From Octopus sinensis (Eukaryota), in assembly GCF_006345805.1 (NCBI RefSeq), contig NC_042997.1, forward strand, positions 120,714,001 to 120,778,000: DNA of 64,000 nt, in the 5' to 3' direction. Each line of letters opens with the position of its first letter. Positions within the stretch are counted from its first letter, which is position 1. Below are positions 40,290-51,705 of the stretch, piece after piece. The notes below the pieces were generated by a model. That model searched no databases. It was not told where the DNA came from and saw only the letters and a program-made list of their open reading frames with translations. The position numbers were made by a program, and so were the translations under genes.

Positions 40290-40548
40290 CTGGCGTCGCG
40301 TGTGAGTGCTTGAGCAAAGCGCTTCATTCTACGTTGCCCCGGTCCACATAGCCGGTGAAAATAAGTCTTACCTGTATTTCAAAGGGCCAGCATCGTAACA
40401 TTCTCTTCCGTGCTTAATCTTTCCAAAAACTACGTCAATGGCACGGCTGCCATTGAAATGCTCAGTCACTTTCAGGTTTCACGAACAAGCTGTTCGCTTA
40501 ATTTCCTCAACTGGAACACCTATCGCCGTAACCGACGGAGTACAGGAT
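40290..40548 (+). mobile_element. SINE family C
   Basis: GTGCTTGAGCAAAG...TACCTGTATTTCAAAGGGCCAGC...TCAACTGGAAC...CGTAACCGACGGAGT; same family as 1776-2019. Confidence 0.65.
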
Positions 40549-43500
40549 ATGTGCGTGTGTGTGTGTGTGTGTGTGTGTGGTCTGACTCTCTCTCTCGCAA
40601 TCTCTCGCCTCTTCTCTCTCCCTCCCTCCCTATCTCTGTTTATATATATATATATGTAAATATAGCTTTAATCTGATTTCGGCAGGAATAACCGGAAGAT
40701 AAAACACATACACGCATGTGATCTGAAAGCCAAAATGCTTCTTTCTGGAGTCTCAGCGTTTTGAAATAATTCTCTTTGACTGAAATATCTTGATGCTTTC
40801 AAATGTATAAAATTTTATACGTTCTTAAGGATTCTTCTATCGTTCTATGTATTTTAGTTTTAATAATCTCATTTTCTGCTCATATTTATAGATTTGGTGC
40901 TTTTGTGAAAATATTTGTGGGTTATTGTTCTTTTAAATTAGTTTTCTTGCTAATTTCAGCGATCTTTTATAGCAATACGTATGTTTCCTGTCACATGGGT
41001 TTTGTGTCACCGTTATCATTGAAAAGAAAAACAGAGTCGCAAATGTTAATGTTATACACATCATACAAAATTCAACGTGTTTAGTTGTCAGACAAAAATA
41101 ATACATAAATATATAAACAAGTATTAAGACATAGCTGTGAAATGACGAAGTTATTTGCACATATGTCAAAAAAAATGAAAGCGAGTGATTTGATATCTAA
41201 AGATACATAATGTAATGACTACAAAGCATTATAAAAAAATATGAAAAATATCATTCTAACTATGTTTGGAATATATTTTCTGCATTGAAAAAAGAAATGT
41301 ACTGCTTCTGAATTGCATTCATAAACATAAAATATTTTTAACAAAAGGAGAATGTGATAGACGTATATACGTTTCCTTAACACAACACATATATACACAC
41401 AATTATACACTCACACACACACACAAATGTGTATAGTGTGAAGGAGTGAGAATGACATACACGCCTGCATATGAATTTATATATATGTGTGTTCATATGT
41501 TTTTGTGTGTGTGTGTGTGTGTGTGTCTGTGTCTGTGTCTGTGTGTTCAGAGATTCTGCCTTGTATTCAGTTTCGACAGGTTTGCTTATATGTACAGACA
41601 AATCAACATTACCTATTTATGAAATTGATTTAGTAAATACTAGACAAAACACACTGAAGATATAACAGTATATATATTAAATATATAAACAATAGAATCA
41701 CTACCACTGCGTGAATATACTCCATTGGTTTACATTATTACTATAATAAGAGTTATATATACACGTACATACCGACAAAAGTGCAAATACACTCGCACAT
41801 ACACACATAGACATGCAAATATATATACTTATGTGTAAGTCTGTGCGTGTATGTATGTTTATTATATTTATTTATATAAAACACCGACTAATTCAGTATT
41901 CCTGAAACATATATCATGAAGATAACACAAGAGTTTTTTCTTTGAAAGTCTTATCTGTGATGTGGAAACATTATTTTGCTCTGAAGGAAACTGAGAATGT
42001 TTTTGGAAATCTTCATACAGATATATTTTCTAAATGATTGCCCTTCACTAGAGGAGATACATTTCACCTCTTCGATTACACATAGTTATATGAATCGAAA
42101 CCTCTATATATACAGTAATGAATTATATTATATGAAATCAGCAGTCTTGATTTAGCAAATTTCCAGATAACAAAGGTGTTATCTATTGGATTATGTTATA
42201 TATAAGACTGTATTATTGCATTCTATTATTGTATACTACTTTGTGATAGTAGTTCCACTACAGAACGTGGTTAGTAATACACCAGAAAACATTATAACCT
42301 ACATTGTGCACCATGCAAATGTACTCGTCCAGGCTGGAGAGCATGTCTACAGAGTGATATTCCAAAGAAGCTCTGAGTAGCAACGAAGAGAAAACATAAA
42401 TATACACAACCTTCTTCCTTTCTCAATATCTGGAGATTCATGTCTTAAAATTAATGGATAGCATGTATATCTTGCCAGTTATTCAAAATGGAAATTCCTT
42501 GTGCAGTTTTTATAGAAAGCACCTAATATGTAATTAATTAAGTACATGAATGGATGTTAAACTGCTCTATGTAATCTTCCTTTTTAATGTTTATAATTGA
42601 TATATACACACTTTTTACTTATTTTGATTATGATATCAGATTTGTAATTCTTAAGTTTTATTTTTGTATAACAAAACAATATTGTTTATAATCACCCGCT
42701 AGCGCCCTTAAATAAAATTTCCATTGTAATAAGATCTTAGGTTTCTAAGCCTCTTGCCCCTTTAACTGGAAATCAACATCATGATATAAAGTTTATCCGC
42801 ACCCTGCCTCTTTATATAGACAGTTACTTATATCCAACTGACTACTCCTAATATCTTATTTCCTCCCTGGGGTAAAGTGATACATATAATAATATCTGTG
42901 GCGATAACTAGCTCTCAGGTGTCAACTCACTCTTGTGACTTATTCAAAATAGATACACCCTTCTAGCCTTAGATTTAGTAGTTGATAAAGAGATAATTGT
43001 ATTAGAAAGTAACTACAACCCACAATGTGATACTTAGTAATGAACTATGACCCCATAATGCTGCATGTGATTTTTAGAATTTGTAGTCTATACTTAGCTA
43101 CAATAGCGACAATAAGATTTTCTTCCATCTTCTTGGTTTGTTAAAATATTTAATAAAAATATATTATTGTGGCCTACTAGTTAAAATTTCATACATTTAT
43201 TTGTGGAGCTGAAGATGTCATTGCCTTTAAATTTATGTAATGATTGCATTGTTCAGTCAAATGGAACCGCTTGAAGCGGTTGTACTGCATGATATCCCGT
43301 TGCTCACACACACACACACATACACACACACACATATATATATATATGTATATGTATATGATCATATATATATATAGAGAGAGAGAAAGCGAGAGAGAGA
43401 GAGAGAGACAATTATATGTGCCCGGACACACATGCACACACTCATACGCCCGCACACACTCTAATAGAAAGAATCAGGAATTTAAATAATAAACTACCCA

Positions 43501-43932
43501 AAGTACAATCGGGGTTAGCGCAATTTTGTGATAACAATATGTACTGACATATACATACTTATTTAAAGTAAATACAGATATATTATTCCAGTTTTGCATA
43601 TACCTGCAAGTGATAACAGTATATACAACGTGTCATCAAAGTCATACTGCGGTGCGTTGGTTGCTTTTTTCTGTCTTTTCTTTTTTCCTTTTCCGGTTTG
43701 CTTTTACCTGCCCCCTTTTCTATCGACTTCTTTCTCGCCTTCTCTCGCTTCTTTTCGCATCCGTTCGTAGTTTTTAACATCATTTCAGTGTGTGATAGAA
43801 GATTGTGCTAGGATATCAGATGTGTCATAAATGCTGTCTAGCATGCTCTCATCACATAAAATTAATAGTAGTCCATAAGAACATATATTATGTTTATCAA
43901 AAAAATACTTATCTCTCACCAGAAAGTACATA

Positions 43933-44004
<72 letters not shown>

Positions 44005-44015
<11 letters not shown>

Positions 44016-44418
44016 GTATGTATGTATATGTGTGTGTGTATATGTGTACGTATATATGTGTGTCTATATATATGTATGTATATATATGTATATACACACA
44101 AACACACACACACGCATATATATATATAATAGGCGCAGGACTGGTTGTTTGCCAATTAGTTTCTTACCGACCGCGTATGTTATTGATATATATATATATA
44201 TTATATATATAATATATATATATATATGTATATGTATGTATGTATATGTGTGTGTGTATATGTGTACGTATATATGTGTGTCTATATATATGTATGTATA
44301 TATATATGTATGTATATATATGTATATACACACAAACACACACACACGCATATATATATATATATAGGCGCAGGACTGGTTGTTTGCCAATTAGTTTCTT
44401 ACCGACCGCGTATGTTAT

Positions 44419-44460
<42 letters not shown>
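44005..44460. repeat. Tandem duplication (~220-235 bp unit) of microsatellite plus a SINE-head fragment
   Basis: AGGCGCAGGACTGGTTGTTTGCCAATTAGTTTCTTACCGACCGCGTATGTTATTGAT is identical at 44131 and 44366. Confidence 0.85.
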
Positions 44461-44465
<5 letters not shown>

Positions 44466-45181
44466 ATTCTTATTTTCCATTATTTTCCTCCAATCTTTCT
44501 CTAATGACCGAATATCCCATACTGGAGTATATCCCAGGAAGAGATGTAAGATCTTGAATTACTTCCTCAAATAATATCGTATATGACTTGAGATGTTTGC
44601 CTTGCCTGAATGTTTGACGTCCTGTTTAACACACATACACACACACATATATATATATATTCACATATGTATATATATACACGCATACATATATGCATCT
44701 GTGTGGTGTAGATGTGCGTATATGTATGTTGGTTTGTGTGTATATATTTGTGTTTTATATGTTTGAGCGGCAATAATTCTAGCGAAAAAAATATTACACG
44801 AATGTCTATGTAAATATGTTCTCGTGTTATATTTCGATGACTATATTTATTATTGAATAATGTATAAGATATAGCTGAATATTTGGAGGTTCCTACATAT
44901 GATTATTTAATATCACATAGCATGGCGTTATCTGTAATGTTGTTGCTGCTGATGGCTAAACCAAACTAAGTCATAGATATCATATACACTCATATACATA
45001 GAAATATAAATGCAACAAAGTGGGAATTATTCCTAAATTACAACGGCAGACAAATGTCTATACATAGATATGTATATCTATTTTGCATACGTACACCTAG
45101 GCGAGCACAGACACATGTTTGTGTAGATTCATAGTTGTATAGATACGTAGAAAGACATACAGAATATATATATATATATAT

Positions 45182-45182
<1 letters not shown>

Positions 45183-45245
<63 letters not shown>

Positions 45246-45252
45246 ATAAATA

Positions 45253-45291
<39 letters not shown>

Positions 45292-45311
45292 TATAGATAG
45301 ATAGATAGATA
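45183..45311. repeat. (AGAT)n array at the 3' junction of the Tx1 LINE
   Basis: Direct reading. Confidence 0.95.
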
Positions 45312-45471
45312 TGTTTCTTTATTAGCCACACAGGGCTGCACACAGATAGAACAAATTACAAGGTAGAGCTTTTCTTTTGAAGGTTTAAAAAAAAAAAAAA
45401 AAAAAAGGGAAAGGGGAGTTTCGATCAAAAGGGATCGTAAAAGGAGAGAAAGAGGACAAAAAAAGGGGGGG

Positions 45472-45503
<32 letters not shown>

Positions 45504-45704
45504 AGAGGAAAAAAAATTGATCAATAGGGATCGTTATCACAGAAATGTCAATATGAAGTGTAAAGGGGAGGACAGGTGAGGTTTACCCGTGGAAAGAAAA
45601 GCCTACGGAAAAGACCACGGTAACCTCGGTCAATGAAGTCACATTTATATTTCTTTTTTTTTTTTTTTTGCAAATAAGCAACTCTCTGTTTTCGATTTCT
45701 GGGT

Positions 45705-48700
45705 TCATAGGACTATGCTCAAGGTGGCTTCGTCATTCATACGTGCCATTCTTGCTACATTCACCCATCTTTTTTTAAAACATTCGCTAGACAAAACTTG
45801 CCTCTCTACTCTCACTTTCCTTTTCAAGTGGTACTTGAAGAAGTTGATGAGAGATTGACCAGAGAGGAAAGTGTTTGTCTCCAATCCTTTCAGACGCGTC
45901 CACCAGATACATTCTTTCGCCATAGCCACAAGGATGATGAAAATAGCTCTTCCTTCCCGTTTGAAGGAAGGAGGCGTGACAATATTGACGATAGACTCAG
46001 CTGATAAACCGACTCGTCCCACACGTGACAGCAGTTGTTCGACATAAGCCCACAGGTCGGAAATTGTTGGACACTGAACGAGTGCGTGCAGAACGGTTTC
46101 GTCGCTCTGACCGCATCTCGGGCAGGTCGGCCCCGTGTTTCTCGAGCCGTGTCTGTAGAGCTTATCCCGAACGGGTAGCGCTTCTCGGTAGCACTGCCAG
46201 GCCAGGGATCTCTGGAAGTTGTCCATGGGCCCTGGCCCGAAAGTCGTCCCGAACAGGCGGGTCAGGTACTCCTCGTCGACGTCCAGGTTCGCCCCGAGCT
46301 CGTCGTCGTACCTCCCCTCCACTAAACCCTATAGAATGCTTTGGTTGTGTTGAAGTCACTTAAGGTCGACCCAGGACGGCAGAGTTGCTTGAGAGCAACG
46401 CGACACTCGCGGTGCCATTCGCCCTTCCTCGGCCTCTTTTTGATCCACGACTGCAGTTCGGTCATGGAGACGAGCTGCGGGAAAGCGTGCCTCACAAACG
46501 GCGACCACACCTGTTCACCGTCGTCTACATAGAGCCAGAGATGTCGCAGTCTCAGCGCGTGTCTGCGCATCATCAACCACGGCATGCCCAGCCCTCCTTT
46601 TAACGGGTGTTGACAGCAAATGGATCGCCTGACCATCGGGACGCATCCTTTCCACAAGAAGCGAAAGAGGATGCGTTGTAGTTTGGTGATGGTAGGGTCG
46701 GGACAAGGTACGACGGTCAGGCGGTAGTAGATGACGGACGCGATGTACGTGTTCGCCACCTCCGCTCGACCTTTTAGGGACAGTTTCCTCTCGGCCCATT
46801 GCCGGGCGAGAGTGACCACCCTACTCGTTATCTCGTTCCAGTTCTTCTCCACTTGGAGGTCCGGACCAAACCAGACCCCGAGCAACTCAACCGGGCCGTC
46901 GGTCCAGCGTCCCACGACGGAGGCGCTGGTGGACGGCATGGGCTTGCTTCTCCAGGTGCCTAGTCGCAAGCCCACTGACTTTTCCCGGTTGATTTTCGCT
47001 CCTGTCACCGCTTCGTAGTTTTTCAGTGTCTCACCGACCAGCTCGATGTGCTCGTGGCTTGACACTATGACGGTGACGTCGTCCGCGTATGCAGACACGC
47101 TCGTCCCGCATCCCAATTCTCGCGGGATGCCCCTTAGAGTCGCCAGCTTCCGCAGTAGTGGCTCAAGAGTCAATACGTATAGAAGCGCCGAGAGGGGGCA
47201 TCCCTGACGGACCGAACGTGCAATGTCGAAAGGTCTCGATAGATGTCCATTTACGCGAATTACCGAACGGATGCCTCTGTACAAGGCAGCTATCCAGCCG
47301 CGGAAGACGGGACCGAAACCAGCCGCTCTCAGGACTGCCTCCAAGTATCGATGGTCTACCCTATCAAAGGCTTTCGATTGATCCAAGTTGATCAGGGCCA
47401 CCCCATGCCAGGTTCGTTAACTACCCTGTCTATGATGTAGCGCATCAGATGGAGGTTGTCATGGATGGTCCGGCCTGGCACGGCGCATGTTTGCGCTTGT
47501 CGACCAGTTTCTCGATGACAAGCGCCAACCTCTGGCTAACACCTTGGCCAAAATTTCAAGTCTGCATTAAGCAGAGTGATGGGCCTAAAGTTATCTATTA
47601 CATTTCCCTTGTTTAGATCTTTCTTCAGCAGTGTTACGGCTCCTCGGCTCACAAAACCAGGAATGCTCCCGTTTTGCTGCCAGTTGCAGTACACCGCCGC
47701 CAAGAGATCTCCAAACAAGTCTGGCATACAATTGTAAAGCTCGTAGGGTAGACCATCCAAACCCGGTGATTTGTCCCTCGAGCATTCTGCCATCGCTTCC
47801 CGCACTTCCGCCGCCGTGATGGCACCTTCGCAGCACCCTGCCTTTCTTGTCGAGAGTCGTGGTAGGCTATGTAGGTAGGCACTGAAGTCCACCCTACGTT
47901 CTTGCCCTCCACTCGTTCCGAACAGTCGGGCAAAATGTTGCTGAAAGGCCTCACACATTTTATTTGGCTCGAGCAATTCGCGCCCCTGTTCATCTACCAG
48001 TGACCGAATGGTGGCTTTGTTGCCTGTTGCGCCTCTGCCACCCGGGCCTCTCTCGCGGCTCCAACACCTTCGTTCCTTAGAGCACGCATCCTAGCTCTGA
48101 CAGCACATCCTTCGTGTTTGGCGTTGAAGTGTTGGTCGAGGGCCAACCTCGCCGCCAAAACGTCGGATGCGATGCCGCTTCTAATTGCCTCTTCTAGCTT
48201 CTTAACTAGCTCACCCTCTACTCTATTTCTATCTATGGCTAGTGCTTTGCTGTACCTAATCGCTTCTGCTTTTACTGCTCTCTTGAGGGCAAACCACCAT
48301 TTGTTGTTGATGATGGCTCCCGTCAAAGCCCTCTTTACTAGTGTGCTAATCCGGTCTCTGAAAACCTGTCTCGATGGGAAAGACGCGTTTAGTTTCCAGT
48401 ATCCGGGACCCTGCCTAAGTGTCTTACCTAAGTCTAGCGTACATGTCACAAGTTTGTGATCCGTGTAGCTGACTATGTGGAAATGTGGACATCCTATGCT
48501 ATCTCTATCTACTGTCCTACACAGTATCCTATCTAGATACGATCTCGACGACCCGATGCGGTTGCTCCATGTCCACGTTGGCGCATTCGGGTGGTCTAGT
48601 CGGAACCTGTCAGACAGTTGAAAGCGTCTGAGCAGGTCTCTGAGGCATTTGCATCCCCGTCTATTCCTATCTCTACCCACGTAGTCTACATGCGTGTCCA

Positions 48701-49137
48701 AGGTAGCATTCCAATCCCCCACTAAGAGTAAAGGACGACGAGACGTTCCCAAGAAAACTTCTAGACGTTGAAAGAAATCCGCCCGACTGTTAAGGGCGGT
48801 GCGTAAACTGATACGAGTCGAAAAGCGCACCCATTGCTGCCGTCGACATCCAGGACGACCAGTCTACCCTCCGGGTCTACGAATATTGTCCTTACTTTGA
48901 GATCCAGACTCTTGTGAAAAAGTACCGCGGTGCCACTACCGCCCATTCTCGGCAGACAGGGGGAAAATAAATGTTGAACTGTCCGCCAAACATGGTCTTT
49001 AGGGCCCGCGGATTGTGGAGTCTGGTCTCGCTTATGGCTATGATTTCTAACTTATGTGACTTTATGTCATTTAAGAGGTACCCTTGTTTCCAAGGGGACC
49101 CCAAGCCACGCGCATTTACACAACCAATCTTGATCAT
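45705..49137 (-). pseudogene. LINE ORF2p (AP endonuclease, reverse transcriptase, CCHC); frameshifted as given, possibly intact
   Basis: MIKIGCVNARGL, ISETRL, VYAP, LVGDWNA, YLDRIL, TDHKLV (APE); KSPGLDGLPYELY, FRPITLLNAD, LDQSKAFDRVDH, VRQGCPLS, YADDVT (RT); CPRCGQSDETVLHALVQC. Eight -1 frameshifts and no in-frame nonsense codon once they are corrected. Confidence 0.93.
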
Positions 49138-50800
49138 AGTTCTAATGAATTAGAATACAGAGGGTTACTTACTGCTCGAAAGTTTTTGCTTTCTCCTCCG
49201 TTGGTTTGTCCTCGAGAAGATCCCAGTACAGTTTCTTTGTGAGATATTTTGGCATTTACCAACCGCACTGGGGAAAATGCCTTTGAGTGTGTGTGGTGCA
49301 GACTTTTGGAGATGTGTAATATTTTGATGTGGTCTGGTGGTGTTGTGTATGGGTGATTGTTTGTTTTTATGTCCTCTTCTGTTATGTTTGTTTTTGATTG
49401 GATGTATTCCATCAAATTTGTGTTTTGGTGTCTATGGCTGTGAGCATGTTTGCTGTATATGTTTTTGTGGTGTTGGTGTGGCTGTTGTTTGCGTTGGGTT
49501 TTGAAATGTCTTCGGGAGATGTATTTCCCCTGCTTTGTTCGTGTTTGCATTTGGTTTGGTTGTGTTTCTGCTCTTTATTTTCCTTCTTTTTGTAGCTATT
49601 TGCCATTCCTCACTGGTTTCGTCTTCCGACGAAATTTCTGAGGAATCAGAAGGGGGTAGGGTAGGTATGTGTGGGCTTCTATGTATGTCTGTGTAAGTGG
49701 TTGTGTTGTTGTTTTCGTTGTTGTGGTTGTTGAGTGTTTGTGTGTGTTGAGTGCGGTATAAGGGATGGGGATCAGTTTGTGTGTGTTTTCTTTGTTTTTC
49801 TGTTCCTTTGGGTTTTGCTGTCGTTCTTGGTGTGGAATTGGTTTATTTGTTTTTGTGTGTTGGTGGTGATGATTCTGTTCTTGGCGCTGGTGTTGGTGTT
49901 GTTTGGTTGGTTGGCTTGTTCTGTTGTTTTTCCTGCATTTCCGCATACAGCTTCTGACTAGCTGTCCATATTGTGGTGTGGGGGCAATAATCCTGGCTTT
50001 TGTGATTTTTCCTGTGGCTGTTGTTGTTGTTGTAATTTGCGGCAGATTTGCACTCCTTTTGAGGTGTGCCTCACTGCCACATGTATAGCATCGTGGCCTT
50101 CTGCCCTCGACTACTACGTATAACTTGCGCCATCCTCAAGATTGTACGTGGGGGGGATTTTATTTATGTCCTCTTGACTTATGTGGAAGAGAAACTCTAT
50201 TCTCTTTCCCAGCCAGTCCTTGTTTTCCGAAACACCGATATCTAGGATGTTTAAGTCCTCCATTTCGGATGTTAATGCGGATGTAATCCACAGTGTTGTA
50301 GTCACTTGGGGGACACCACTGATAAGACTTTCGTCACCTTCTGGCCGAGGTAACTCGGTGTCAACGTTAGTTCATCAGAATGAAGGGTTATCGTTGAGAA
50401 TTTCTTCGCCAACTCTTCATTCTGAAAAACCACCTGTACGTGTGCGAACTTGTTCGCCCAAGTCACACAATCCTTGTATCCAGATGGGGCGTAAACACTT
50501 TTCGACTTTGTCTGTGCTTGCCTTTTCTGGACTTTTTGTTTTTTTATTTGTGATTTTATATACAATTGTCTTTTTTTCTCCTCATTCAGTATGTGCTGAG
50601 GTATGTGTAAGAGTATTTTTCCGTTTTGATTTGTAATAAGGTTTCTGCAATCTTTAATCTGTTGTGTAGTAACGAAACTTTGTTACCTTTTCTTTTTATC
50701 GCCTCGGCGAAGTTTGTTGTTTGTTTTGTTATTGTTGTTACTGCCGGTGGTGTTGGTGTTGATGGCAGGGGTGTGGGTTGTAGGTTGTGGTTGCTGATTA
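49134..50800 (-). pseudogene. LINE ORF1p (zinc-knuckle RNA-binding protein with long T/Q/N-rich tail), frameshifted
   Basis: NFAEAIKRK near 50700; FAHVQVVFQNEELAKKFST; VVEGRRPRCYTCGSEAHLKR (CX2CX4H knuckle, ~50055-50115); a low-complexity tail ending NSLEL* at 49134. The start codon was not identified. Confidence 0.75.
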
Positions 50801-50842
50801 TGCAACTAGCAAGGGTTGGAAATTGCCTGCGTAATTTAGTCC

Positions 50843-50885
<43 letters not shown>
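50843..50885. repeat. (AGAT)n array at the 5' junction of the Tx1 LINE
   Basis: Direct reading; same strand orientation as 45183-45311. Confidence 0.95.
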
Positions 50886-50886
<1 letters not shown>

Positions 50887-51627
50887 GAGAGATATAGATA
50901 GACAGATACATAGATAAATATATAGACATATCGAAAGATAGATATCTTTTCCAGCGTAATTCATAATAGCTAAAACGTGTACAATGTATATATATATATA
51001 TCTACAGTTACGTATTGGAATGTTTTAACTGTAACGATGTAGCTTATGTGGAAATAGCCTGATACTGCCTTATATAAATAAAAATGATTTGGAAACGTTG
51101 AAGTCATATTTGTCCTCTTAACTGACATCCCTAACTCATTTACACCAATTTATTTTCCAGCTGCAATCAGAGACACCTACAATTTTTAGTTGTAAAATAT
51201 ACACCCATATAACTTAAGCAACCACAATATTCACACACACACACATATATATATATATGCATATATATACATATATATATATATATAATATATATATATA
51301 TATACATACAAACATATACACAGACGTATATATATGATTAAAATACATATATGTATGCATGTGTGAGTGTGTGCATCTGTATGTGTGTATGTGTGTAAAC
51401 GATAAGGGAGGCTTGTTTGCAATTTTACCCCCGAAAAGTCGAAATATGTAACTCATTAAAGTGAATGAGTGCCATCACCGTATTCTTCAAAATAAGACTT
51501 CGAAATCTTCTTACCCACAACAGTAACTGATCTTTTTATCGTAAGTCAGTTATTAATTTAATGCTTCTTGTGACTATAAGTGGTTTAACTCTTTTTCCTA
51601 TATGTATGCCTGCATTTATATATAGAC

Positions 51628-51705
<78 letters not shown>

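Larger units (their letters stand above)
45311..50842 (-). mobile_element. L1/Tx1-clade non-LTR retrotransposon, essentially full length (~5.5 kb)
   Basis: ORF1 with a zinc knuckle and ORF2 with APE, RT and CCHC domains. A ~395-nt 3' UTR carries AATAAA (plus-strand TTTATT 45318-45323) immediately before (ATCT)n. The 5' end abuts (ATCT)n at 50843. Confidence 0.92.

Noticed and set aside
45798-48459. Several plus-strand ORFs of 60-113 aa
   Set aside because: Antisense shadows of the GC-rich LINE ORF2.
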